DNA of 64,000 bases from assembly GCF_030144855.1 (NCBI RefSeq), contig NC_082720.1, forward strand, positions 80,724,001 to 80,788,000. Direction: 5' to 3'. Source of the DNA: Hypanus sabinus. Its lineage: Eukaryota. Shown here in pieces: positions 37,135-48,601 of this stretch. Numbering within the stretch: the first letter of the stretch is position 1; each line of letters begins with the position of its first letter. A program made the translations under genes and the position numbers. The notes under the pieces were generated by a model. It had not been told where the DNA came from. It ran no database searches and saw only the letters and a list, made by a program, of their open reading frames with translations.

Positions 37135-37560
37135 CATCCATCATCAAGAACCACCACTATCCAGGCCATGCTCTCTTCTCATGACTACCATTCAGGAAGG
37201 AGGTCCAAGGTCCTTAGGTCCCACACCACCAAGTTCAGCATTATCCTGTACTACCTGACAACCATCAAGCTCCAGAACCAGCATGGATATCTTCACTCAT
37301 TTCAATGCTGAATTGATTCCCCAACCCATAGACTTGCTTTCAAAGACTCTACAACCTGTGTCCTCAGTATTTATTTATTGTTTGTCTTTTTTTAAATTTG
37401 CACAGGTTATCTTCTTTTGCACATTGCTGTCAGTCTTTGTGTATAGTTTTCTCATTGATTCTCTTGTATTTTGTTTTTCTACTGTGCCTGCAAGAAAATG
37501 AAACTCAGGATAGTATAGGGTGACGTGTGCGTACTTTAGTATTAAATTTACTTTGAGCTT
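37135..37560 (+). mobile_element. Rex1/Babar LINE 3' end
   Basis: SIIKNHHYPGHALFS-LP-GRR C-terminal RT signature and typical 3' UTR. Confidence 0.7.
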
Positions 37561-38079
37561 TTGATTTGTGGACCAGTGTTTTTTTTTTCATCTCTTAAGC
37601 CGGAAGCAGCTAAACCTGGAACACTGAGCTGTCAGTCCTATTCATCCTTCAACCATATTTCTGTAATGACGAAAATACCACAATCCCATGTGTTGATCTA
37701 TGCTCTGCATTTATCTGCTTTAACTATCAGGCTAAACTGCCTTTAGTTTAATGTAGAAAGCCCATCAGACCTTCCGCTCCCCCTCCTAGTCTGACTCCTG
37801 GATGTCCTCGCTTTGATCTCTATTTTTGATTCATCTTCCTTATCTGTTACACAGCTACTTCAGGCTTCAACCATTTCCAAATCAGTTTAGATCCTCTCAA
37901 GTAGTTCCAGCAAATCTCCCTGCCAGGACTCCTCTATCCGAGATGAAGTTTCCCGTTGCACCAGAAGAAATCCCAATGACCTAATAACGTGACTCCCTCT
38001 CGTTTGTCCTATCTGCTTACTCCTGCTCCCACTAAAGCATAGCTTCTGGAGAAATCCAAAGATTAGTTATTAAGGTCCC

Positions 38080-38377
38080 GTACCATAGCACATTGCTTTA
38101 TAGCAGCCAGCTATAATTTGGGGGTTTGAGTCCCACCACTGCCTGTAAGGAGTTTTATGTTCTCCCGGGTGACTGTGTGGGTTTCCTCCAGGTGCTCAGG
38201 TTTCCTCCCACATTCCAAAGACGTATAGTTAGAGCTAGTGAGTTTTGGGCCTGCTATGTTGGTACCAGGAAACATGGTGACTCTTGTGGGCTGTCCTGCA
38301 CAATCTTTGTTGATTTAGATTTGACACAAAGACGCAGTTCTCTGTATGTTTCGATGTACAAGCAACAAATAAAGCTG
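38080..38377 (+). mobile_element. V-SINE-like element
   Basis: Decayed B-box (ggtttgagtccc) and V-domain gggtttcctccaggtgctcaggtttcctcccacattccaaagacg. Confidence 0.7.
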
Positions 38378-38384
38378 ATCTCCT

Positions 38385-38517
38385 GCTGAAGGGTCTTGGT
38401 CCAAAATGTCAACTGTACTTTTTCTCGGTAGATGTTGAGCCTGGCCTGCTGAGTTCCTCCAGCATTTTGTGTGTGTTGCTTGGATTTCCAGCATCTGCAG
38501 GTTTTCTCGTGTTTGTA
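38385..38517 (+). mobile_element. short Penelope 3'-end insertion
   Basis: Starts at a degenerate hammerhead (cctgctgaagggtcttggtccaaaatgtc); TSD ATCTCCT at 38378-38384 and 38518-38524. Confidence 0.78.
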
Positions 38518-39299
38518 ATCTCCTTAAACTTTTTTTAACCTTCTGCCTTATTCATTATATTCACTCAGCAAGTCCTCATGTCTTTTTCTACCTACACTGT
38601 CACTTGTAACAATGTACACATTAACCTCTAAGTCTTTGCCCTCCCCCTTAAGGATTTTCTGCAACCCATTTCAAGACATCCTTGACTGTGACACCAAAGA
38701 AGCAAAGTAGAATTCTAGAGTCTCATCCACTGCCACAGACTCTCCTGTCTGTCCCCATACTAGTGTTTAAAATCATTGTAAAATTCTTGTTCATATTGAA
38801 GTGTACCTGCTCCTGGCAAAGCTCAATATCAAAATAATCTCATAAATTGCAGGAACAAAGCTCATGAGGTGTATTGGCATGTATACTTATGCTTAAATTT
38901 TGTTTTATCTAGCAATTCCTTTTACATGGGATCGCAACTGCTCTGAAATCTTTACCTAATGTTAATCATGAAGTCAGCGACTTGTATTGGGAAGATGTTT
39001 ATTCAACATAACAACAATGTCTTTCTAGATTCTTGGCCAAATGATCATTTTAAGTGTAAGAAAATCAGTCAGTATTTCCAACCCAGCTTCAGGAAATCAA
39101 TCTGTACAATATTTCTCTGAATCCTACTTGTGCCATCGTGAACGGTAGTTCTATCATTTTGTACTTCCACAACCTGCGAACATTGAGACGAATTCCCATG
39201 TCTGCTTTTATTTCCCGACAGTTGGATATGTTAAGACATTAAGAATGAACAAAGAAATTTTACCATCACATCAAGAGGATAGTAAAACAAATGTTTACT

Positions 39300-39475
39300 A
39301 TAAACTCTTCTCAGGCTTCCAGCCAGATACAGGTATCGGTTATAACTGATGTTTCTAAGAAGATGGTGGAGTTTGTCATTGAAATGTCAGTTATAATTGA
39401 TACCTCTACCCAGCTGGAAGTCAGAGAAGAGTTTATTCATCATATACATCGGAAAGGCGCTAGATCCTTTTTCAG
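39300..39475 (+). mobile_element. foldback element of a second Penelope-like family with hammerhead remnant
   Basis: 56-bp inverted arms (39300-39355 and 39381-39436), 39-nt tail, 9-bp TSD ATGTTTACT at 39291-39299 and 39476-39484. Confidence 0.72.
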
Positions 39476-40185
39476 ATGTTTACTCTGTTTAGAGGGCAGT
39501 AGAAACACGCACAATCAATGCAATTCATAAATCACTTTAATTACAAGATAAATCATTGCCTGTTGCCTTAAAATGCTCTTTCTAAGTGTCTATTTTATAC
39601 ACATTAATTTATATATCTATCCAGTCATTTGATCTTACAACTGGGTTCCCCTTGATTGATGAAAATGCTCTGTCATTTTTATTTTATGTTTCACTATCTT
39701 CGAGTATTACGTTGCTCCTAGATTCATTTCCAACAACGTGAAGGTATTTAGCCCATTGGCATTCATTTATTTATTAACATGGAGTCCCTAAAGTTCTGTT
39801 TTTGAGCATGGGATTCCAGCAGAAATTCAGTTGTACATTTAACAGGGTGGTGATGGTGGTAGTGAATAGAGGAAAGGTGAGCAAACTTGTATTGGACAGG
39901 AGTTTCAAAGTATTTCCCTTGTGAAGAATATGCAAGATTATAAATCCTATCAATATTTGAGAGCAGCTCATATTATTAAAGAGGCAGGGAAATTTATGTA
40001 AGCTTTTGTGTGAAGGCCAATAGCTAAATCACCTGCTCGGGCTGGGACAGTAATGATCTCATCAATATGTGTGGTTACAGTTTACACAACCAAAGAGGAT
40101 TTGTATTCTACAAGCTAGTTCCCATCTGGGCATATATTCGATAGATAACCAACACAGATTTGTGAATAGTGCAGGAACTTATCCT

Positions 40186-40319
40186 AAACACAAAGTACAC
40201 TGCAGATGCTGTGGTCAAAGCAACACGTACAAACAAGCTGGAGGAACTCAGCAGATTGGGCAGCATCCGTGGAAATGACCAGTCAACGTTTCGGGCTGAG
40301 ACCCTTCATCAGGACCCGT
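40186..40319 (-). mobile_element. 134-bp Penelope 3'-end insertion with intact hammerhead core
   Basis: 14-bp TSD CAGGAA(C/T)TTATCCT at 40172-40185 and 40320-40333; similar to the PLE 3' end at 46360-46493. Confidence 0.88.
40281..40316 (-). ncRNA. minimal type-I hammerhead ribozyme motif (PLE-type)
   Basis: GGUC-CUGAUGA-A-GGGU(CUCA)GCCC-GAAAC-GUU-GACU: intact catalytic boxes, stem I, stem II and palindromic AACGUU stem III. Confidence 0.72.
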
Positions 40320-42129
40320 CAGGAATTTATCCTGTTTGTCATGATAGCCATACAATAACATAATAAACCTATACAGTTCACTGCGTTGCTAGGATCCCTA
40401 TAGTAATGGTGCTTTACAAAACACTGTACCATTGCAAGTTCCAGCTGTTGATCCTTTTTAACTTGGTGGACAAAGATTTAAAAAAAAATGACTTGCCTGC
40501 TTGAACAAACTTTGCTAAATATTTGTTGCAGCTGGTGTCTAAGCTGTGATTAATACCCTGTTCTGTTCCAGTTGGTACATGCTAGGAAGATGTCAAGGAA
40601 TTAAAAGGATGCAAGGAGATTGAGGAAAGTGGTATTTGTTATGGAGTACTGTGAACAGAAAGCAGATAAACACGCTGCAGTTAAACTAATTACGGGAAGA
40701 AAGTTACTGCAGCATTTAAGAGGGATCCAAGGTGTAGGGGTAATAAGGAAAAACCTTGAAATTAAAAATGATCAATAATTAGATTAAATAAATTTTAGAT
40801 AATTATGGTGGAATAACTAGAATTTTTGATGCAGTCTTTTTATGCTGGTGGGAATATTTATTTACAGCTTTTAACTGGAAATTAAGGAAACTTTGCTGGT
40901 CTCTGAGGTAAGTCAGTGAATTTTAGGGATGTCTCTTTGAGGCTTGGCCATAAACTAGATGTATCCTCTGCTTACATACCAAAAGCCCCTCTAAGAATTT
41001 CAAGAAAAGGGAATGAGGAGCGTGGCCACATAGACAATGCATTGCAAAAGAGCCATGGACTCTGCATCAAACATTCCCTTTGTGCTGCCTCTGGTTCTTT
41101 TGACAATTATCTTAAATTTGTTCCTCTGGTTTTAGCAGTTTCTTTTCACCCATGAAGCAAGCAAAACCTTATTGTAATTTAATTTTGAGCACCCTTTAAC
41201 TCTCCCCCCAATTTTTGTTAGCATTTGTTTTGGGGAGCTCTACTGCTTTCAATCAAGCCACCTGCAGGTTTGTACTATATGAGAAGTCCTCATGAAAATA
41301 GAACTGAATTTATCACATGAACTGTTCTCAATTTTTGAGTTTATCCTTGTTACCAAACTTATAATGGATGCAACTCTTTAAGAGAGTGCTCATGGTACTA
41401 TTTTTAGATCAACAATTCATTTGTTTTTACTTTTAATGACAGTGAAGTATTTGGATGAATGTCAGCATAAAGTGTTTAAAATTGATTTCTGCATCCAGTA
41501 GCAGATGGGTTCAAGATGATGGGAATTGCCTGTATTCTATTTATTGGACATAATATTTTTGTAAAATCAAACTTGAACTACATGCTTGCCTGTTAGTTAG
41601 CTCACATCTAATCACCTGACTATCAGATTACAGATTGAGAACCTGCTCATTCATTCAGCAAAGATGCCGCCCCTTCACCTCGTTTTTCCCTCAGATTCTG
41701 ATGTTGGCATGCGGTGCCAGGCTGATGCAGCATTTACACATCTCTTGCACAGATGATTATTGTATATTTTGCCCAATTTCACAAAGTTATACTGATTCAA
41801 TTGGGCATATGCACTGAATGTACAATATATTTCTAAACCAAAAATTGTGAGATCCTCTTTCTAGATTGCAATATCATTCCTCCTTGAAAGTTAAAACTCA
41901 GTTCATGAAGCAGCTTCGTTCACTTCCTGACGGTACTCAAAATTATGCAAATTAGGCCTTGGTTCCATTTTGTGGTTGACTTTCTCAATAAAATCATATC
42001 CATTGGCTTTATAAATTACATTATCAATCACTGTAGGGTAGATCACCAATCGCAATCAATTGAGAAGCAAAAGAATGGAGGCATTACATGTTTGGTAAAT
42101 TCAGCAATTTCATGTAGTTTGCTTTCTTT

Positions 42130-43440
42130 AGTTATAGAAAAGCACAGCACAGAAACAGGTACTTCAGCCCATCTAGTCCATGCCTAACCATTTAAACTGC
42201 CTATTCCCATCGACCTGCACTGGGACCATAGCCCTCTACACCCCTACCATCCATGTACCTATTCAAACTTCTCTTAAATGTTGAAATTGAGCTCACATAC
42301 ACCAGTTGAGCTGGCAACTAATTCCACACTCACATGACCCCCTGAGTGAAGAAGTTTCCCCTCATTTTCCCCTTTCACCCTTAACCCATGACCTCTAGTT
42401 GAGGTTTCCCACACAACCTCAGTGGGAAAAGCCTGCTTGCATTTACCCTATCTACAACTTCTCACCCTACCCTATTTACCCTATTTACTCTTAACCTATT
42501 TACAACCTCCCTCGGAGTGTCAGACACCCTGAGCCAATAGGCTGGTCCTGGACTTATTTCCACTTGGAATAATTTACTTATTATTTTATTTATGGTTTTA
42601 TATTGCTATATTTCTACACTTCTTGGTGCGACTATAACAAAACCCAATTTCCCTCGGGATCAATAAAATATGTCTGTCTGTATACCCCTCACAATTTTTT
42701 ATGCTTCCATCAAATCTCATCTCAATCATCTATGTTCTAAGGAATAAAGTCCTAACCTATTCCATCTTTCCTTATAACTCAACTTCTCCAGACTTGCAAA
42801 TTTTCTCTGTACTCCTTCAACTTTACTTACATCTTTCCTGTAGTTAGGTGACCAAAACTGCACACAATACTCCAAATTAGGCCTTAGCAAAGTCTTACAC
42901 AACTTCAACATACTGTAACATCCCATCTCCTGTAATCAATATTTTGATTTATGAAGGCCTGTGTGCAAAAAAACTTTGTTTATGACCCGATCTGCCTTTG
43001 ACTCCATTTTCGATGAATTATGGACTTGTGTTCCCAGATCTCTTAGTTCTGCCACACTCCTCAGTGCTGAACTATTCACTGTGTATGACCCACCCTGGTT
43101 TAGTCCTACCACAGTGCAATACCTTGCATTTGTCTGCATTAAATTCCATCTGCCGTTTTTTCAGTCCATTTTTCCGTCTGGTCCAGATCTGACTGCAAGC
43201 CATGATGGTCTTCCTCGCTATCTACTACATTCCCAAACTCAGTGTCATCCACAAATTCACTGACCCAGTTAGCCACATTATCATCCAGATCGTTATGTAG
43301 ATGATCAACAGCAATGGACCTAGCATCAAATCCTAGCATCAAACTCCAGTTGTCACAGGCCTGCAGTCAGAGCGGCAACCATCTACTGCCACTTTCTAGC
43401 TTCTCCAACAAAGCCAATCACAGATCCAACTTACTACCTC
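42130..43440 (-). mobile_element. CR1 fragment with nested Rex1 3' end (about 42500-42680, +)
   Basis: LRPNLEYCVQFWSP and EFVDDTE; nested piece ends in (tgtc)n and matches 47170-47360 in reverse. Confidence 0.82.
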
Positions 43441-43864
43441 ATTCAGTTGTTTCAGAATTGACAGTTTCCAACATTGGGCTGATATCACAGTGGCATTTCC
43501 TGGGGCTCTGCATTCTGCAGTGTTTGCATCTCATTGTGTTATCACTCTAATTGCTTTCAGTTAGAGAGATAACACAAAGGGATGCAAATAATGTGGGAAA
43601 AAAGCAAACAGCTTCATTAATGATTTACCACTCTGGCAACTCTGACCTCACATGATTAGAAATATTTTTCCTTAGGGGAGATCTAAGGGATATTCAAAAT
43701 GATATTGCAATCCTTCCTCTATCCTCTGCAAAAAAAAAACCCTACATCCTTTATCTTTTCTCCTGTTCTGACAGTCTGCAGCATTAATTGTGCTACTCTA
43801 CCTAATCTGAATGCTTTCAATATTTTCGGCTTTCATTTACTACTGCATTTGAAAGTTTGAATTT

Positions 43865-44600
43865 GATAGAAACAACAAAATCCTCAGCACATCTAGTGTT
43901 TGCTGAACTATTAATCAATGTGCACCTAGACCCCAGCCCTCCTTACTCCTATCCACATACTTACCTAAACTTCCCTTAAATACTGTATTCAAACCTGCTT
44001 CCAACTCTTCCCCAGAAGCTCAATCCACACTGAGTGAAGAAGCCTCACCTCACATTCCCCTTAAATATTAACCCATTACTTTTTGTTTTAGTCTCACCTA
44101 ACCTCTACAGAAAAATATCTGCTTGCAGTTACCCTGTCTCTAGCCCTCATAATATTATATATCTCTACCAAATCTCCCCTCAATCTTCTACACTACAGGG
44201 AATAAAGTACTAACCTTTTCAACATTTTCCGATAGCTCAGGTCCTCAATTCTTAGCAACATCCTTGTAAGTTTTCTCTGTACTCTTTCAGTCTTATTGAT
44301 ATATTTTCTGTAGGTGGGTGATCAGAACTGCACTTCAAAACTGCAATTCCAAAGTGGGTGTTACCAACATTTTCAACCTAAACTTCTATAACTTCAACAT
44401 AACAGCCCAACACGTCCTCAGTACTACGATTCCTGAAGGTAAATATGCCAAAAGCTCTCTTTACTACCCTGTTTACCTGTGACACCACCTTCAAGAAATT
44501 ATGGATCTGTTTTCCCGGATGCCAATGTTTGTACTATGCTCTTCGGTGCCTTATCATCCACTGTGTAATTTCTACCCTGATTTGTCCTTCCAAAGTGAAA
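43865..44600 (-). mobile_element. old CR1 fragment
   Basis: Similarity to the neighbouring CR1 3' region. Confidence 0.65.
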
Positions 44601-46044
44601 CAACAGTTAAATTAGGAGTCACAAAAAATTACAATGCTTGCTTTAAACTATTATCATTGCTTTTATTTTCCTTTATGAAGTGTGAAAATAATGGAAATGA
44701 GAGAAATCTGACAGGAGTATTCCACCAGTGGCAGAGGGGAAATTGAGGAAAACTAAAAATTGTTGATGCATTCAAAGCAAATTTGTTTTCATTTTTAAAA
44801 AAAAATGTATCCTGACTGAAATCTTGAATCCTCTGCATTGCTTTCCAGTTCCCAATTCAAATTTTGAAGATGATCTAATCTGGCAAACTGGCCAGAGAAG
44901 GCCAGGATGTAAACTGATGCTTAAAAAGTGAACTGGCTTCTGCTTTATATATTTTTCCTATGCTTTTAATCGAGGATCATGGATCTTAGGTAAATGAGTT
45001 CAGTAATGAAAATGTGTGAATGTGCTGATGTACTGGGATTTAGTTCCACAGAAACCAATAGCTTTACAGAACTTCATTCAGATGGCCATTGTTTACATAT
45101 GAGCATAGTTAACATAAGCAAGTAATTCAAGCATAGAGAGTGAACAGACAGGAGTATAAATAACATTCAGGTGCATATACTTAAAGCATGGGTCACTGCA
45201 CAGCAATCAAGAGTAAAAGCTGTTGTTGAATGTTCCCATTTTTGGGAAATGACCTATAGGATGCTGATACCAGTTTTAATGCTGTTAACGGTGCTCCATC
45301 TAAAAGCCTTCTGCCTCAGAATAATCAAGAGGTCAAGCCTGGCATTTGCCAGATCTCGATGGATCAGCTATGCACTGGGCAATATATTTGCTAAAGAGCT
45401 ATCAAAGAGCTGAGGGAATTGTAATTTTAAGCAATAATATGCAATCAAGGGCATCACCTAAATGCTTGGGTGTGTGTCTGCTGTACAGTTTAAACCTCTT
45501 AGTACTATAGTACCTCAAGAACTAATTAATAAAGACTGAAAGTAAACAGACCAGCTCAAAGTTAGTGCTTATCAACACTCCCAAGCCATAAAAAGTATAA
45601 TTTGTAATGGAACCTTTGTTTAAAAAAAGAACCTTGAGTACAATATGTTTCTTTTTAAAAGCATTTGTGACCTCCAAAGAGATTTCTATTCTGTGGATAA
45701 AATAATACAAGGAAAGAGATGACAAAGGAAGGAAGGAAATTTTATTCTGGACAGGAGACTCACAAATATACTCAATATGGGGGTAAATCGCAATGCTTAT
45801 AATAATCTGTTTTGAATTGAAGAGTATTGGCTTTGTCCTCGTATATTTTAATTTAAAACTTTGTGTGGTAAAAATCAATCAAATATATCCGATAACATGG
45901 GGAAAAACTAAATGAAACAAATGTAATTTATATCAAGTAAGTGAAGAAACTATTGAATGCAACTCCAGCATGTATCGTGAGGCAGTGCCCTAACCTTTGA
46001 GGTGCCAGACATACTTCTAATTCCGTTTAGGTCCCTACACATTT

Positions 46045-46493
46045 GCCTCTTGTTCCTCTGCTGCCTGCTTTGAGGCCAAACTCAGGTTGAAGGAGCAACA
46101 CCTCATCTACCGTCTAGGTAGCCTCCAGCCTAGTGGTATGAACAATGAATCCTCCAGTTTCCAGTAATTCCCTCTCTCTTCCCCTATCCCAAGTCCCTCT
46201 CTGCCTCTCTCCCCTTTTAACTTTCTGCTTCTTTATCTCTACAGTTCTTTCATGCTTATCCCCTCCCCCCTTTATCTTTCCTCTGATTGGTTTTCCACCT
46301 GGTGCCTCTAGGCCCTACCCCCTCCCCTATCTCTATTACTGAGCTTTGGCCCTCTCTTCCCCCCATTCCTGATGAAGGGTCTCGGCCCGAAACGTTGGCT
46401 ACTCTTTTCTCACGGATGCTGCCTGACCTGCTGAGTTCTTCCAGCGTTGTGTACGTATTCTTTGATCCACAGCATCTGCAGTTGTATTTTTGT
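46045..46493 (+). mobile_element. Penelope-like 3' fragment
   Basis: EAKLRLKEQHLIYRLGSLQP-GMN (GIY-YIG C-terminus), pyrimidine tract, hammerhead motif. Imperfect TSD gtccctacacattt / gtccctttacattt (12/14). Confidence 0.82.
46364..46400 (+). ncRNA. minimal hammerhead motif, core intact, stem I decayed
   Basis: CUGAUGA-A-GGGU(CUCG)GCCC-GAAAC-GUU at 46369-46396. Confidence 0.62.
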
Positions 46494-47169
46494 GTCCCTT
46501 TACATTTACTGTGCAGGGCATGAAGCTGATTGCCATACTTCTGTCATCTGACATGTCTTTCCTCCACTGGGAAATGGTGTAGCTTAGGGACTGTACAGCT
46601 TGCTTTCCTATCCAAGCCTTTGTGGCATGATTTTAAACCCCTCATCACGCAGTATCTCTAAAACACTTCCTATTGTCTGTAAATGAAGTGCTTTACCTTC
46701 TGAAGCAATTAGTAGTGTAAGCTGGTTGACCAGAGGGGCATTAGACTGAGCTTTTCCAAAGTCTGCACTATGACGTAATGATAAATGGCTCGGCTATTGT
46801 GGAATTCCTGAGGGTGTCTGGTCTATGCATAGTGCTGCCCACCTCGGGCAAAGGCAAATTGGTCATGGGATTCAGGTGCTTCGAGGAGCCCCTAGATCCA
46901 TTAGTAATATCCAGGACTGGAAAAACTTTATGTTCTGGAGACAGGACATTCAGGGTTGTTGCAGGGCTTGCCACAACGGGATGCAATCTCGGCATCGTCT
47001 TAGCAAGGGTGGTATAGCCTATCGTTATATGATCCCTCGGGCTTCTTTTACTGGCCATATAGGTGAGTAAGGAGTTGATGCAGTTTCTCTGAGTATTCCC
47101 TGATGTTTTAGTTACTTCAGTTTACCCTGAACAGCTATTAGTGCAGCTGTGCTGGTTATGTTGTGTTCA

Positions 47170-47527
47170 GACAGACAGACAGACACACTTTATTGATCCC
47201 GAGGGAAATTGGGTTTCGTTACAGCCGCACCAACCAAGAATAGTGAAGAAATATAGCAATGTAAAACCATAAATAATTAAATAATAAGTTAATCATACCA
47301 AGTGGAAATAAGTCCAGGACCAGCCTATTGGCTCAGGGTGTCTGACACTCTGAGGGAGGAGTTGTAAAGTTTGATGGCCATAGGTAGGAATGACTTCCTA
47401 TGATGCTCAATGTTGCATCTCGGTGGAATGAGTCTCTGGCTGAATGTACTCCTGTGCCTAACCAGTACATTATGGAGTGGATGGGAGTCATTGTCCAAGA
47501 TGGCATGCAACTTGGACAGCATCCTCT
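47170..47527 (-). mobile_element. Rex1/Babar LINE 3' end inserted in the ERV
   Basis: RMLSKLHAILDNDSHPLH...KSFLPMAIKLYN; (TGTC)n tail. Confidence 0.8.
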
Positions 47528-48553
47528 GTTGCTTGTATGTGTTTGCTGCCACTGTCTAGTGCGTATTATTTCTCCCTTTCCCAAATGCTTCCCTTAAAAT
47601 GTCTGGTCCAAGGATAGTGCCCTCATTACTTGGGCAAACCAGAAATACACTGGAAGCTACACTCCACTGATTTTGACTATTTGTGACTTCTTTCTCCATT
47701 CACTGTTTTTCCTCCTACACCCATTATATAAGTATGATTGTTGCCTGATTGTTGGCAATGGTTGGTCAGTTATCGATACTGATGCCCCTGCGTCAAATGG
47801 CATCGCATTGTTGGTCCCCTTAACAATGCTGTTGTGTACATCCGCAGGTCACCAGCACTGGCGGGGGGTTGGTGGGAGGTGGCTGCTCCCATATCTTTTC
47901 CTGACCTTCACCAGCTCTATAATCTGAATAACAGTCAGACAGAGTGCTGATGGAGTGAGAGATTGTGTGTCTGCTGTGACTCTCACCTGCTTTTCCTCTT
48001 CTTTCTTAGACACCGCCTCCAACAATGTCCCGAATGGCCACAACTGTAGTACATCAACTCCTTTCCCCTCCCACGTCTATTCCGGTAGTCCTTTGCTGCC
48101 GGCACACAGAACAAACCCTCTGTGATATCACAGCAGCTGCATCCACTATACCCACTTTACGATTTCTCTTGCATTTTCTTCGGTCTATCTCACTGGCCCA
48201 TGGAACTATTGCAGAGTAGCTCGACCCCACTGCTATCCCTAAATCTAAAACTTCTTGGTGGGCTGAGCTTAGGCTTCCTTCATCATTTTCAGAAAGACCG
48301 AGTCATCCCCCCGTATTATCCAACACTGAATACTTCTCATACGCTTTATATTTGTTTTGCATAATTCATGGCTGTCTCTTCAAGTTAACACACAAAGTTT
48401 CATCGCTCACAGAAACACACATGCTCAGCTCTCTGTGTTCACACTACCTTGTGTTCCTGTGTACCACCGACCTGAACAGACCCAAGCGTGAGTGCTAATT
48501 TTAAAAATACTCTCTCTCTCTTAGACTGCAAAGATCGCTGGCCACTCTTTGGG

Positions 48554-48564
48554 TCCTGACACCA
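48554..48564 (-). promoter_or_regulatory. primer-binding site, tRNA-Leu-like
   Basis: TGGTGTCAGGA two nt after the LTR terminal CA; complementary to the 3' end of vertebrate tRNA-Leu as I recall it. Confidence 0.65.
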
Positions 48565-48601
48565 AATGTTGTTGCAGGAATGAAGTCACCAGAGGAAAGT
48601 A

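Noticed and set aside
41560-42120. Possible conserved non-coding element (also about 12840-13030)
   Set aside because: Unique, motif-rich appearance only; cannot be supported without cross-species alignment.
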